Positions 8,612 to 16,596 of a stretch of 64,000 nt of DNA are shown here, in pieces. Origin of the DNA: Collinsella sp. (GTDB taxonomy: Bacteria; Actinomycetota; Coriobacteriia; Coriobacteriales; Coriobacteriaceae); contig JAXIXR010000003.1 of the NCBI GenBank assembly GCA_036304905.1, positions 857 to 64,856 on the forward strand. The letters are read 5' to 3'. The translations under genes were made by a program, and so were the position numbers. Positions within the stretch are counted from its first letter, which is position 1, and each line of letters starts with the position of its first letter. Under the pieces are notes generated by a model. That model saw only the letters and a program-made list of their open reading frames with translations. It was not told where the DNA came from and ran no database searches.

Positions 8612-8931
8612 GACAGAGCACAAATCGAATTAGAACGAAAGGACAGACTTCCAACGTCATCTAATGTCCAACAGGGCTTCAATAGCAATCAAAAGGTATC
8701 AAAGGGCTGCCGGAAACTGGCTTGCCCTACGGCAACGACAGCCTAGGTTTTCAACGCTTTCCATAGCCGGAGGGTCCCACATCCAGCCCGTAGGCTGTGG
8801 GAAGGGTTGAAAACCGGCCCTGAGGGTGAAACTCTGGGGTGAAATATGAAGTCGCGATGTTTTCCCCATAGAATGAACTTTCACCCCTTTTTCACCCCTC
8901 AGGCGGGTTTTACCCCTATCCATACAGAAAC

Positions 8932-8960
8932 AGGTCAGACGATTTATACCGTCTGACCTG
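8932..8960 (-). terminator. Hairpin just 3' of the tRNA gene
   Basis: AGGTCAGACG-atttatac-CGTCTGACCT. On the minus strand it is followed by GTTTCTGT. Confidence 0.55.
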
Positions 8961-8969
8961 CTATTTCTC

Positions 8970-9045
8970 TGGTGCCCCCGGGCGGATTCGAACCGTCGAC
9001 ACCCGCTTTAGGAGAGCGGTGCTCTATCCCCTGAGCTACGGAGGC
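8970..9045 (-). tRNA. tRNA-Arg (anticodon CCT), CCA encoded
   Basis: Hand-folded cloverleaf: acceptor GCCTCCG/CGGGGGC, D arm GCTC-AGGGGATA-GAGC, anticodon arm CCGCT-CTCCTAA-AGCGG, T arm GACGG-TTCGAAT-CCGCC (one A.C mismatch), then ACCA. Confidence 0.9.
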
Positions 9046-9273
9046 ATGTTGTACTAGTGTAGCAGATTTGCCCCTTGGCCATGTAGCGCATGGCCACTCA
9101 TCAAGCAGGCTCTGCAGCGAATTATCGCCGTAGAGCCTTCTCAATAACGGAAAATTATAATCCAGAATAACACAAAATAATGGGATGGGGTTTCCTCTAA
9201 CCACATGTAAGGGAAATTCCATCCCGGTATTCGGCTAAAAAATGGGACAAGCTTTCCCAACTGGCGCTCAAAA

Positions 9274-9319
9274 GGAAAATGCATCCCGGAATGAGAACGA
9301 ATTCCGGGATGCATTTTCC
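9274..9319 (-). terminator. Intrinsic terminator of the man operon
   Basis: 19-bp perfect stem GGAAAATGCATCCCGGAAT / ATTCCGGGATGCATTTTCC. T-run follows on the minus strand. Confidence 0.75.
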
Positions 9320-9337
9320 GCCATCTATCGCAGACGA

Positions 9338-9736
9338 CTAGTCGCCTTTGTGAAAGAGGCTTTTGATGGCAGCAGGGATGCTCTTGGCGCCCTTGGCCGT
9401 CACATCGATAAAGTCGGGCGAACGCACGAGCTTATCCTCGTCGACGTACTTGCGGACAGCACGAAGCGTCTCTTTGTCGTCGCGCGTCGAAAACGTAAAG
9501 TGACCGTTGTCCTTGGTGAAGATGGCAAAACGCGTAATCTTCTTGGTGCCGCGCAAAACCTCGGCGGCAATATAGTCGACCTCGTCCCACGGGATTTGAA
9601 TATAATCCTCGGGATTGCGCTCGTTATAGTACTCAAACGCCTTATTGCCCACCATCACGTTACCGTGGCTGGTAAGCCCCATCAGGCAGGTTGCCGGCGT
9701 TGCCAGATCGACCGTGCTGTTCTGAGATTGCGCCAT
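9338..9736 (-). CDS. DUF956-family protein (ManO-like, typical last gene of mannose-PTS operons)
   Basis: MAQSQNSTVDLATPATCLMG...KAFEYYNERNPEDYIQIPWDEVDYI. Internal ATG at 9736 preferred over the listed start 9787. Sits directly downstream of manZ. Confidence 0.75.
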   Translation of the reverse strand: MAQSQNSTVDLATPATCLMGLTSHGNVMVGNKAFEYYNERNPEDYIQIPWDEVDYIAAEVLRGTKKITRFAIFTKDNGHFTFSTRDDKETLRAVRKYVDEDKLVRSPDFIDVTAKGAKSIPAAIKSLFHKGD

Positions 9737-9856
9737 ACGCGCCTCGCCCTCCAATAAAAACAATCGGACCGCATCCAGTGTACCCACCGGGTGCGGTCCG
9801 TTTCAATGGCTCAAAAGCCCTTACCTAGCAACTCTCGGTCTTAAGCCGAAACGTGC

Positions 9857-10777
9857 TTACATGAAGCCGCAGAAGCGACCGATGATGCCGACGGCGAAGA
9901 GAGCCAGGATGATGACAATCGGGCTGACCTTCTTCTTGAGGAGCTTGCAGACCAGCAGGGTCAGGCACACGGCGGCAAGGCCGGGGATGAGCTGATCGAG
10001 GTTGGCCTGAAGCGTGGTGACCTTCATCTGATCAAGGGCGGTAGCACCGACGGAGTTGTACATCGTCAGCGCTTCCTTGATACCCTCGGAACCGGAGGGC
10101 AGGCTAGCCCAGTCGATAAAGGCGCCAGCAGACTGCTTGACCGTGGAGACGATCGGGGTGAAGGAAATGGACACCCAGCGCTCGACCAGGGCGCCGATGA
10201 TGAACATACCCAGGATGGAAGCGCCCTCGGTGACCTTGCCCATCAGACCACCGGAGAGGTCCTTGGCGATGGAGGAGCCGACCTTGTAGCCAAACTCCTG
10301 CGTGTACCACAGGAAAGCGTAACGGATGATGTTCCACGCGAAGAAGAACAGCAGCGGACCGACGATGCTGCCGGACATGGCCAGGGAAGCGCCCAGAGCG
10401 CCCAGAATCGGGCGAAGGGTGAACCAGAAGACGGGGTCACCGACGCCGGCGAGCGGGCCCATCATACCGACCTTGACGCCCTGGATGGCAACGTCATCGA
10501 TCGGAGCACCGTTGGCGCGCTCCTCCTCGAGGGCGAGGGTAACACCAATGACGGGGGCGGAAACATAGGGGTGGGTGTTATAGAACTCCAGGTGGCGCTT
10601 AAGAGCGGCAATCTGGTCATCCTTGCTGGTGTAGAGCTTCTTGATCGCAGGGATCATTGCGAAGCACCAGCCGCCGTTCTGCATACGCTCGTAGTTCCAC
10701 GAGCCCTGAAGGAACTGATGACGGAAGCAAACCTTCTTGCGGTCAGCCTTGGTGAGCTGAATCTTGTTCTCTGCCAT
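9857..10777 (-). CDS. manZ: PTS mannose/fructose/sorbose family EIID component
   Basis: MAENKIQLTKADRKKVCFRHQFLQGSWNYERMQNGGWCFAMIP is a typical IID N-terminus. Multi-TM C-terminal half. Confidence 0.9.
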   Translation of the reverse strand: MAENKIQLTKADRKKVCFRHQFLQGSWNYERMQNGGWCFAMIPAIKKLYTSKDDQIAALKRHLEFYNTHPYVSAPVIGVTLALEEERANGAPIDDVAIQGVKVGMMGPLAGVGDPVFWFTLRPILGALGASLAMSGSIVGPLLFFFAWNIIRYAFLWYTQEFGYKVGSSIAKDLSGGLMGKVTEGASILGMFIIGALVERWVSISFTPIVSTVKQSAGAFIDWASLPSGSEGIKEALTMYNSVGATALDQMKVTTLQANLDQLIPGLAAVCLTLLVCKLLKKKVSPIVIILALFAVGIIGRFCGFM

Positions 10778-10793
10778 ATGTATCACTCCCCTC

Positions 10794-11612
10794 CTACTCG
10801 TAATCGTTCAGAATGTCGCCGAGCGGGTCGCCGGAGCCACCGCCCATGCCGCCACCCTGCTTGGCCAGATCCTTAAGGCCAAGGTAGATGAGGGCAAGGG
10901 AGATGCCGATGAGACCAAGGGCGATCAGCGTGAGCTGAGGGATGGCAGCAAGGACAAAGCCGAGGACGAAGAACGGCCAGGTCTCCTTGGTGGCCATCAT
11001 GTTGATGACCATGGCGTAACCGACGGAAGCGACCATGCCGCCGCCGACAGCCATGCCGCCGGACAGCCAGTCGGGCATAGCGTTAAGCGCGTTGGTAACG
11101 GCCTCGGCCGGGATGACGCACAGAAGCACTGCCGGGATGGCGATACGAAGGCCCTGCATGAGGATGGCAGCATACTGCCAGCGCTCGATGCCGGAGAAGT
11201 CGCCCTTCTCGGCGCAACCGTCCATGGCGTGAGCGATAGCGGTAGCAATGGTACGGCAGATCATGGTCAGGAACAGACCAGCGACCGACAGCGGGACGGC
11301 GACGGCGATAGCGGTGGTAACGGCCTTGGCCGAATCGGTGGCGCCACCGTTGAGGGCGAGCACCATGATGATCGAAGAAGCGACCGAGGCCAGAGCGGCG
11401 TCAGGCGCGACAGCGGCGCCAACGTTAGCCCAGCCAAGGGCCATCATCTGGAGCGAACCGCCCAGGAGGATGCCCTCCTGAAGGTGACCGGTTACGAGAC
11501 CGATAAGCGTGCATGCCACGAGCGGCTGATGGAACTGGAACTCATCCAGAACGCCTTCCATACCGGCAAGCAACGCGACAATCGCAACAAGCAGAATAGT
11601 GATTGCAGACAT
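10794..11612 (-). CDS. manY: PTS mannose family EIIC component
   Basis: Polytopic membrane protein between IIAB and IID. Sequence includes DEFQFHQPLVACTLIGLVTGH. Confidence 0.9.
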   Translation of the reverse strand: MSAITILLVAIVALLAGMEGVLDEFQFHQPLVACTLIGLVTGHLQEGILLGGSLQMMALGWANVGAAVAPDAALASVASSIIMVLALNGGATDSAKAVTTAIAVAVPLSVAGLFLTMICRTIATAIAHAMDGCAEKGDFSGIERWQYAAILMQGLRIAIPAVLLCVIPAEAVTNALNAMPDWLSGGMAVGGGMVASVGYAMVINMMATKETWPFFVLGFVLAAIPQLTLIALGLIGISLALIYLGLKDLAKQGGGMGGGSGDPLGDILNDYE

Positions 11613-11630
11613 GTATCGGACCCTCCTTTA

Positions 11631-12620
11631 CTATGCTTGAGCGGCCAGTTCGGCCTTAGCTTTCTTCAACATGGCGTCGAGATCCTCGGAGGAATCCGAA
11701 GGAACCTTGCGGACCTCGAACTTGACGCCCTTGGCCTTGAGGGCCTCGAGAGTCTTGACGTCGTCATCGCCCATAGCGACGGCGTTGGTGACGACGACCT
11801 TGCCCTTGGAGTGAGCCATGGAACCGATGTTGACTTCCTTGATGTCGACGCCGGCCTCGATGGCCTTGAGCAGATCCTGCGGGTTCTCGAAGAGCAGCAT
11901 GGCCTTGGTGTCACCAAAGCGCGTGTCCTTGACGACCTCGGCCATCTTCTTGATGGGAACGACGTTGGCATGGACTCCCGGAGGGGCAGCCTGCTCGATC
12001 ATGGTCTTGCGGAGCTCGTCGTGAGCAACGCCGTCGGAAACCACGATGATGCGGTTGGGGTTGATCTGCTTGGTCCACGTGGTGGCCACCTGACCATGCA
12101 GCAGACGGGTGTCGATACGGACGTGGGCAATCTTGATGTGTCCGTCGCCGATGACCGTTCCCGGAGGGATGGCGCCTGCAGGAGCAGCGGCGGCCGCAGC
12201 CGGCTTCTTCTCCTCGGGCTCCAGAGACTCGGGCTTGACGCGCACGCCAGCCTTAGCCTCAGTCACGAGATGTTTTGCGATCGCATGTGCAGTGTTCTTT
12301 GCGTCAAAGCGCTGCGAATATGCCTCGATGAGCATAGGCAGGTTGACACCGGTGACGATAGCCCAGGAATCGTGGCCCTCGATGAGCCCGCTGATCTGGT
12401 TGAACGGCGTGCCGCCCCACAGATCAACGAGGAAGAGCACCTGCTCCTGGTCCTCGAAGGAAGCGACTGCTTCCTCGACCTTGGCACGGAAATCGTCGGG
12501 GCCCATGCTCGGCTCGAGCGAGACCACGGCAACAGACGGCTGATCGCCAAAGACCATCGAGCCCGTCTGCTTGATTCCAGCTGCCAAGTCCCCGTGGCTA
12601 GCAAGAACAATACTTACCAT
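11631..12620 (-). CDS. manX: PTS mannose family EIIAB component
   Basis: IIA domain VLASHGDLAAGI, Ala/Pro linker, IIB domain IAHVRIDTRLLHGQVATTW. ATG 12620 lies 7 nt after AGGAGG. Confidence 0.9.
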   Translation of the reverse strand: MVSIVLASHGDLAAGIKQTGSMVFGDQPSVAVVSLEPSMGPDDFRAKVEEAVASFEDQEQVLFLVDLWGGTPFNQISGLIEGHDSWAIVTGVNLPMLIEAYSQRFDAKNTAHAIAKHLVTEAKAGVRVKPESLEPEEKKPAAAAAAPAGAIPPGTVIGDGHIKIAHVRIDTRLLHGQVATTWTKQINPNRIIVVSDGVAHDELRKTMIEQAAPPGVHANVVPIKKMAEVVKDTRFGDTKAMLLFENPQDLLKAIEAGVDIKEVNIGSMAHSKGKVVVTNAVAMGDDDVKTLEALKAKGVKFEVRKVPSDSSEDLDAMLKKAKAELAAQA

Positions 12621-12938
12621 CACATAACCTCCTTTTTGTCTACGTATTTCCTACACGACATGAAAGGAGTATAGCTGTTTGGTTTGTGGATTTATAGCTA
12701 AATTCGTAAAAGGTTGGTTTATTTATTTAAACGTCTAAGTTTGTTACAAATTGATTACGTTACTGCTTTTTGACTCATTACACGACAAGGCGTCGCTCAT
12801 CAAGCCATGCATTTTACAGATACAAGCAGGCTGTTCATTAATATCGATTTTAGGCAAGCGCGAGCGCGCTTGTACTGCCGCTATTTTGTTTAAACAGACA
12901 TGGCTTGACTATTAGCGTGACTTATGCACTAGCGCAAG

Positions 12939-13025
12939 TAGTCATTGGGGACGTTCTTAAACGACTAGTCGTTGGGGACGTCCTTGATTGACTGGTCATG
13001 TAAGAGCGTCCTCAACGACTAGGGG
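12939..13025. repeat. GGGGACG-type hairpin repeat module immediately 3' of hypA
   Basis: AGTCATTGGGGACGTTCTTAAACGAC(T/C)AGTC is shared with 51691-51720. Imperfect 15-bp stem TAGTCGTTGGGGACG / CGTCCTCAACGACTA. Confidence 0.6.
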
Positions 13026-13454
13026 CTAGACGATGTGGAGAGGGTTGGCGGCGTCGACGGCGTCGGGGGCGTCGGAGGGGTCATCGGGAACAGTGTCTGC
13101 CGGGTCCTCGTCGGGGGTCTCGATCTGTTTGATCATGACCTCTTGGCCCTGCAGCAAATAGGTCTCGCCGCTACCGCAATGGGGACAGGTCTTGCCGTGC
13201 TCGACTGTCGAATAGTCGCGGCCGCACGCCTCGCAATGTGTCACGGCCTCAACGGGCTCCACGATAAGCTCTGCACCCTCGGTGATGGGCTTTTTATCTG
13301 CCGCCCAGCGCCAAGCGTCGAGTAGCAAGTCGGGAACGACGCCCGAGACCTCGCCCAGCAGCAGCGTGACGCTCGAAACGCGACGCACGCCATTGGCGCG
13401 CGCCACGTTCTCGACATCGCGAATGATGTGATAGACGATCCCCAGCTCGTGCAC
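13026..13454 (-). CDS. hypA: Hydrogenase nickel-insertion protein HypA
   Basis: MHELGIVYHIIRDV..., zinc site CEACG...CPHCGS. GTG start with GGAAGGA RBS. Acidic C-terminal tail. Confidence 0.9.
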   Translation of the reverse strand: MHELGIVYHIIRDVENVARANGVRRVSSVTLLLGEVSGVVPDLLLDAWRWAADKKPITEGAELIVEPVEAVTHCEACGRDYSTVEHGKTCPHCGSGETYLLQGQEVMIKQIETPDEDPADTVPDDPSDAPDAVDAANPLHIV

Positions 13455-13466
13455 TTTTAATTCCTT

Positions 13467-13505
13467 CCGCCGTTCTAACGAACGGCGGTCGGCTTGACGC
13501 TGCGC
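13467..13505 (+). repeat. Hairpin plus GACGCTGCGC box module (second copy at 47113-47151)
   Basis: CCGCCGTT-ctaacg-AACGGCGG, then 7 nt, then GACGCTGCGC. The hairpin is identical to the one after hypD. Confidence 0.65.
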
Positions 13506-13648
13506 GAGTCCCAGACGGGCGATCTGCCTTTCAATCGTCGGGCATGGGCAAAAGCCCTATGCCCTCCTCTTTCAAGGCACCTCGCCACGCCTGGGACCTG
13601 CTCGCTGTCCAACCGCCCTCTGCGCCGTTCACTTACTTGTTAGGTCTC

Positions 13649-16426
13649 TTACTTCTTCCCAAATTTGATCTTAATTGCACGCTTCAATGCGTACTTGCCC
13701 AGGCTTGGGAGCTTTTGCTCGTATTTGACCATCGTGGAGCACTCGGGGCGATCGCGATCAAGATGGATGGCGTCAAACGCGCACTTGGTGGTGCACAGGC
13801 CGCAGCCGATGCACTTGTTAGGGTCGACGATCGAGGCGCCGCAGCCCAGGCAGCGGGCGGTCTCGGCGCGCACCTGCTCCTCGGTAAAGGTCTCAACATA
13901 CTCGCTAAACGGCGCAGCCTTCTCGCGTTCGCGGTCCACATGCGCAACCTCGCGGCTCGCGTTGTCGTAGCTCTCGAGCACAACGTCGTTGCGGTCGAGC
14001 GCGGTGTAGCGGCGCTGGTTGCGGCCGATGGTGAGCGTGGAGCCCGGCTGCACGAAGCGATGGATGGACACAGCGGCCTCGTGACCGGCGGCGATGGCAT
14101 CGATGGCAAAGCTCGGACCGGTATAGACGTCGCCGCCCACAAAGATGTCTGGCTCGGCGGTCTGATAGGTCTGGGGATCGGCAAGGGCACCCTGGCCGCG
14201 GCCAAGCTCCACCTTGGAGCCAGCCAGCAGGTCGCCCCACACAATGGACTGGCCAATCGACATGACTACGCGGTCGGCATCGACACGACGCAGGTCGTTC
14301 TCGTCGTACTCGGGCGCAAAACGGCCCTCGTCGTCAAAGACACGCGTGCAGCGCTTGAAGGTGATACCGCACACACGACCGGCCTCGTCCAGGTGAATCT
14401 CCTTGGGGCCCCAGCCGCAGCTGATGTGAGCGCCGTCCTCAACGGCCTCGCGACGCTCCTCCTCGCTGGCGGGCATCTGGGCCTCGCTCTCCAAGCAGAA
14501 CATCTCAACGTACTCGGAACCCAGACGGCAGGCGTTGCGCGCGACATCGATAGCCACGTTGCCACCGCCCACCACGATGGTGCGGCCGGGCAGCGCGTCA
14601 ATCTTGCCACTGTTGACCTCGCGCAAAAAGTCGACGGCCACGGTCACGTCCTCGGCATCCTCACCCGGAATACCGGCAAGGCGGCCACCCTGGCAGCCGA
14701 TGGCCACATAAAAGGCCTTAAAGCCCTGCGCGCGCAGCTCATCGAGCGTCACATCGCGACCGACCTCCACGCCATAGCGGAACTCGGCGCCCATCAGGCG
14801 AATGATCTCGACCTCTGCCTCGATAACGTCCTTCTCCAGCTTAAAGCTGGGAATGCCGTAGGTGAGCATGCCGCCCGGGCGCTCGTTCTTCTCGAACACG
14901 ACGGGCTTGTAGCCCTTCTCGGCCAGATAGAAGGCGCAGGACAGACCGGCCGGGCCGGCACCGATGATGGCGATCTTCTGATCGAAGCCGCCGGCACGCG
15001 TCGGCGTCACCACGGGCGGGACATAGCGGGTCGCGGCATCAAGATCGCGCTGGGCGATAAACTTCTTGACCTCGTCGATAGCCACGGCGGCGTCCACACG
15101 GCCGCGGGTGCAGGCATCCTCGCAGCGGCGGTTGCACACGCGGCCGCAGATAGCGGGCAGCGGGTTCTCGCGCTTGATGAGCGCCAGCGCCTCGTCATAG
15201 CGCCCCTGTGCCGCAAGCTTCAGATAGCCCTGAACGGCAACGTGCGCGGGGCAAGCCGTCTTGCAGGGCGCGGTGCCGGACTCGTGCGTCTCGATACGGT
15301 TATCGTTGCGGTAGTTGGGCGACCACTTGGTGTGGTCCCACTTGGTGGCATCGGGCAGCTCCTGGCGCGGATACTCGGGCACCTGTCCGCCGGCCTTTTT
15401 GCTGCAGAGCTTCTGGCCGAGCTTGGCGGCACCGGCGGGGCACACCTCAACGCAGCGACCGCAGGCAACGCACTTGTCCTTCTCGACCTTGGCGACATAG
15501 GCCGAGCGCGACAGGTTGGGCGTGTTGAACAGCTGAGAGGTGCGCAGGGCATAGCACACGTTGACGTTGCAGTTGCAGATGGCGAAGATCTTGTTCTCGC
15601 CGTCGATATTGGTGATCTGGTGCACAAAGCCGTTGTCCTCGGCCTGGCGCAGGATGTCGTAGACCTCGTCGCGCGTTACATAATGGCCGCGGTCGGTCTC
15701 AACCACATAGTCGGCCATATCGCCCACGGCAATGCACCAGTCGGCGGGGTCGTCGGCGCAGCCCTCGCCCATCACGCGACGGCTCGCGCGGCAGCTGCAG
15801 GTGCTGGCGGCATATTTGCCATCGTATTTGTCGAGCCAATGCTCGATATGCTCGATCGGCACCGAGGTGCTCGAAGCATCGATAGCCTTCTCGACCGGAA
15901 TGACGTGCATGCCGATACAGGCGCCTCCGGGCGGCACCATCGGCGTGGCCTTGGACAGTGGTCCCTTGGACGCCTGCTCAAAGAACTTGGCATAGACCGG
16001 GTGCTCCTCGAGCTGGCTCACGCGCATGTTGAGGAACTCGGCGGAACCCGGCACCAGCATGGGCAGCACCCACTGCTTGGCGCGCTCGGGGTTTTCCCAG
16101 TTGTACTCGAGCAGACCCGTGTAGCTCATGTCGTCGAGCATCTTCTCGATATCGGCTTCGGGCATGCTGGTGAGCTTGACCATCTCGGGCAGCGTATAGG
16201 GACGGCGCATCTTCATCTTGCAGAGCACTTCGGCCTGCTCGTCGGTTGCGGCCTCGGCAAACGACCAGTACTCGTAGCCCAGCAGCTCATCGCGATGCAG
16301 CAGACGGTTGGTGCAGTGCTCGCACAGCTTGACGATGGCCTCACGCGGATGCTCCGGCAGCGGCGGCACAAACTCCGCGCCGATATCGGGCTCGGTGTAG
16401 CTAATTCCCGGTCCGTTGAGAATCAT
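13649..16426 (-). CDS. Large Fe-S flavoprotein oxidoreductase (GltD-like NAD(P)H/FAD module plus 4Fe-4S ferredoxin domains)
   Basis: KIAIIGAGPAGLSCAFYLAEKGYKPVVFEKNERPGGMLTYGIPSFKL. Cys clusters CVACGRCVEVCP and CIGCGLCTTKC. ATG 16426 has a GAGAAGGG RBS. Confidence 0.8.
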   Translation of the reverse strand: MILNGPGISYTEPDIGAEFVPPLPEHPREAIVKLCEHCTNRLLHRDELLGYEYWSFAEAATDEQAEVLCKMKMRRPYTLPEMVKLTSMPEADIEKMLDDMSYTGLLEYNWENPERAKQWVLPMLVPGSAEFLNMRVSQLEEHPVYAKFFEQASKGPLSKATPMVPPGGACIGMHVIPVEKAIDASSTSVPIEHIEHWLDKYDGKYAASTCSCRASRRVMGEGCADDPADWCIAVGDMADYVVETDRGHYVTRDEVYDILRQAEDNGFVHQITNIDGENKIFAICNCNVNVCYALRTSQLFNTPNLSRSAYVAKVEKDKCVACGRCVEVCPAGAAKLGQKLCSKKAGGQVPEYPRQELPDATKWDHTKWSPNYRNDNRIETHESGTAPCKTACPAHVAVQGYLKLAAQGRYDEALALIKRENPLPAICGRVCNRRCEDACTRGRVDAAVAIDEVKKFIAQRDLDAATRYVPPVVTPTRAGGFDQKIAIIGAGPAGLSCAFYLAEKGYKPVVFEKNERPGGMLTYGIPSFKLEKDVIEAEVEIIRLMGAEFRYGVEVGRDVTLDELRAQGFKAFYVAIGCQGGRLAGIPGEDAEDVTVAVDFLREVNSGKIDALPGRTIVVGGGNVAIDVARNACRLGSEYVEMFCLESEAQMPASEEERREAVEDGAHISCGWGPKEIHLDEAGRVCGITFKRCTRVFDDEGRFAPEYDENDLRRVDADRVVMSIGQSIVWGDLLAGSKVELGRGQGALADPQTYQTAEPDIFVGGDVYTGPSFAIDAIAAGHEAAVSIHRFVQPGSTLTIGRNQRRYTALDRNDVVLESYDNASREVAHVDREREKAAPFSEYVETFTEEQVRAETARCLGCGASIVDPNKCIGCGLCTTKCAFDAIHLDRDRPECSTMVKYEQKLPSLGKYALKRAIKIKFGKK

Positions 16427-16517
16427 GGTTGTCCCTTCTCTTGCCACAGCCCGGCGAGACCGCGGCGCCCCTCTTTTTTGCAGGCCGGGCATGCCCCATG
16501 CCGTTCGCCTGCCATTG

Positions 16518-16555
16518 TTGACATTGTGTCAAAAATAGTATTGACGAACCGTCAA
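16518..16555. promoter_or_regulatory. Two TTGAC-N5-GTCAA palindromes, candidate TetR operators in the divergent promoter
   Basis: TTGACATTGTGTCAA (16518-16532) and TTGACGAACCGTCAA (16541-16555), between the oxidoreductase and TetR genes. Confidence 0.5.
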
Positions 16556-16596
16556 CAATATTCAAGACTGTTAGGCGAACGGTCAGGCAAAAGAGG

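Larger units (their letters stand above)
1..8700 (+). mobile_element. Integrative mobilizable element (integrase, replication-type ATPase, MobC, T4 coupling protein, relaxase; no mating-pore genes seen). Left border outside window, right border uncertain.
   Basis: Co-linear, stop/start-overlapping module 2046-6399 of mobilization genes next to an integrase. Ends beside a tRNA gene. AT-richer tail at 8280-8950. Confidence 0.6.

Noticed and set aside
8699-8923. 74-aa minus-strand ORF between the XRE gene and the tRNA
   Set aside because: There is no RBS and the composition is implausible. It lies across inverted repeats, so it is treated as non-coding.
9242-9757. 171-aa plus-strand ORF opposite the DUF956 gene
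   Set aside because: It is antisense to a recognisable conserved gene and starts inside the terminator hairpin.
10764-12674. 636-aa plus-strand ORF spanning manY and manX
   Set aside because: It is antisense to two recognisable PTS genes and crosses their intergenic gap. Composition is Gly/Asp/His/Arg-rich junk.
12624-13025. Sigma-54 (-24/-12) promoter or cre site upstream of manX
   Set aside because: No TGGCAC-N5-TTGC or TGWAANCGNTNWCA match was seen on the relevant strand. Only a generic AT-rich promoter region is present.
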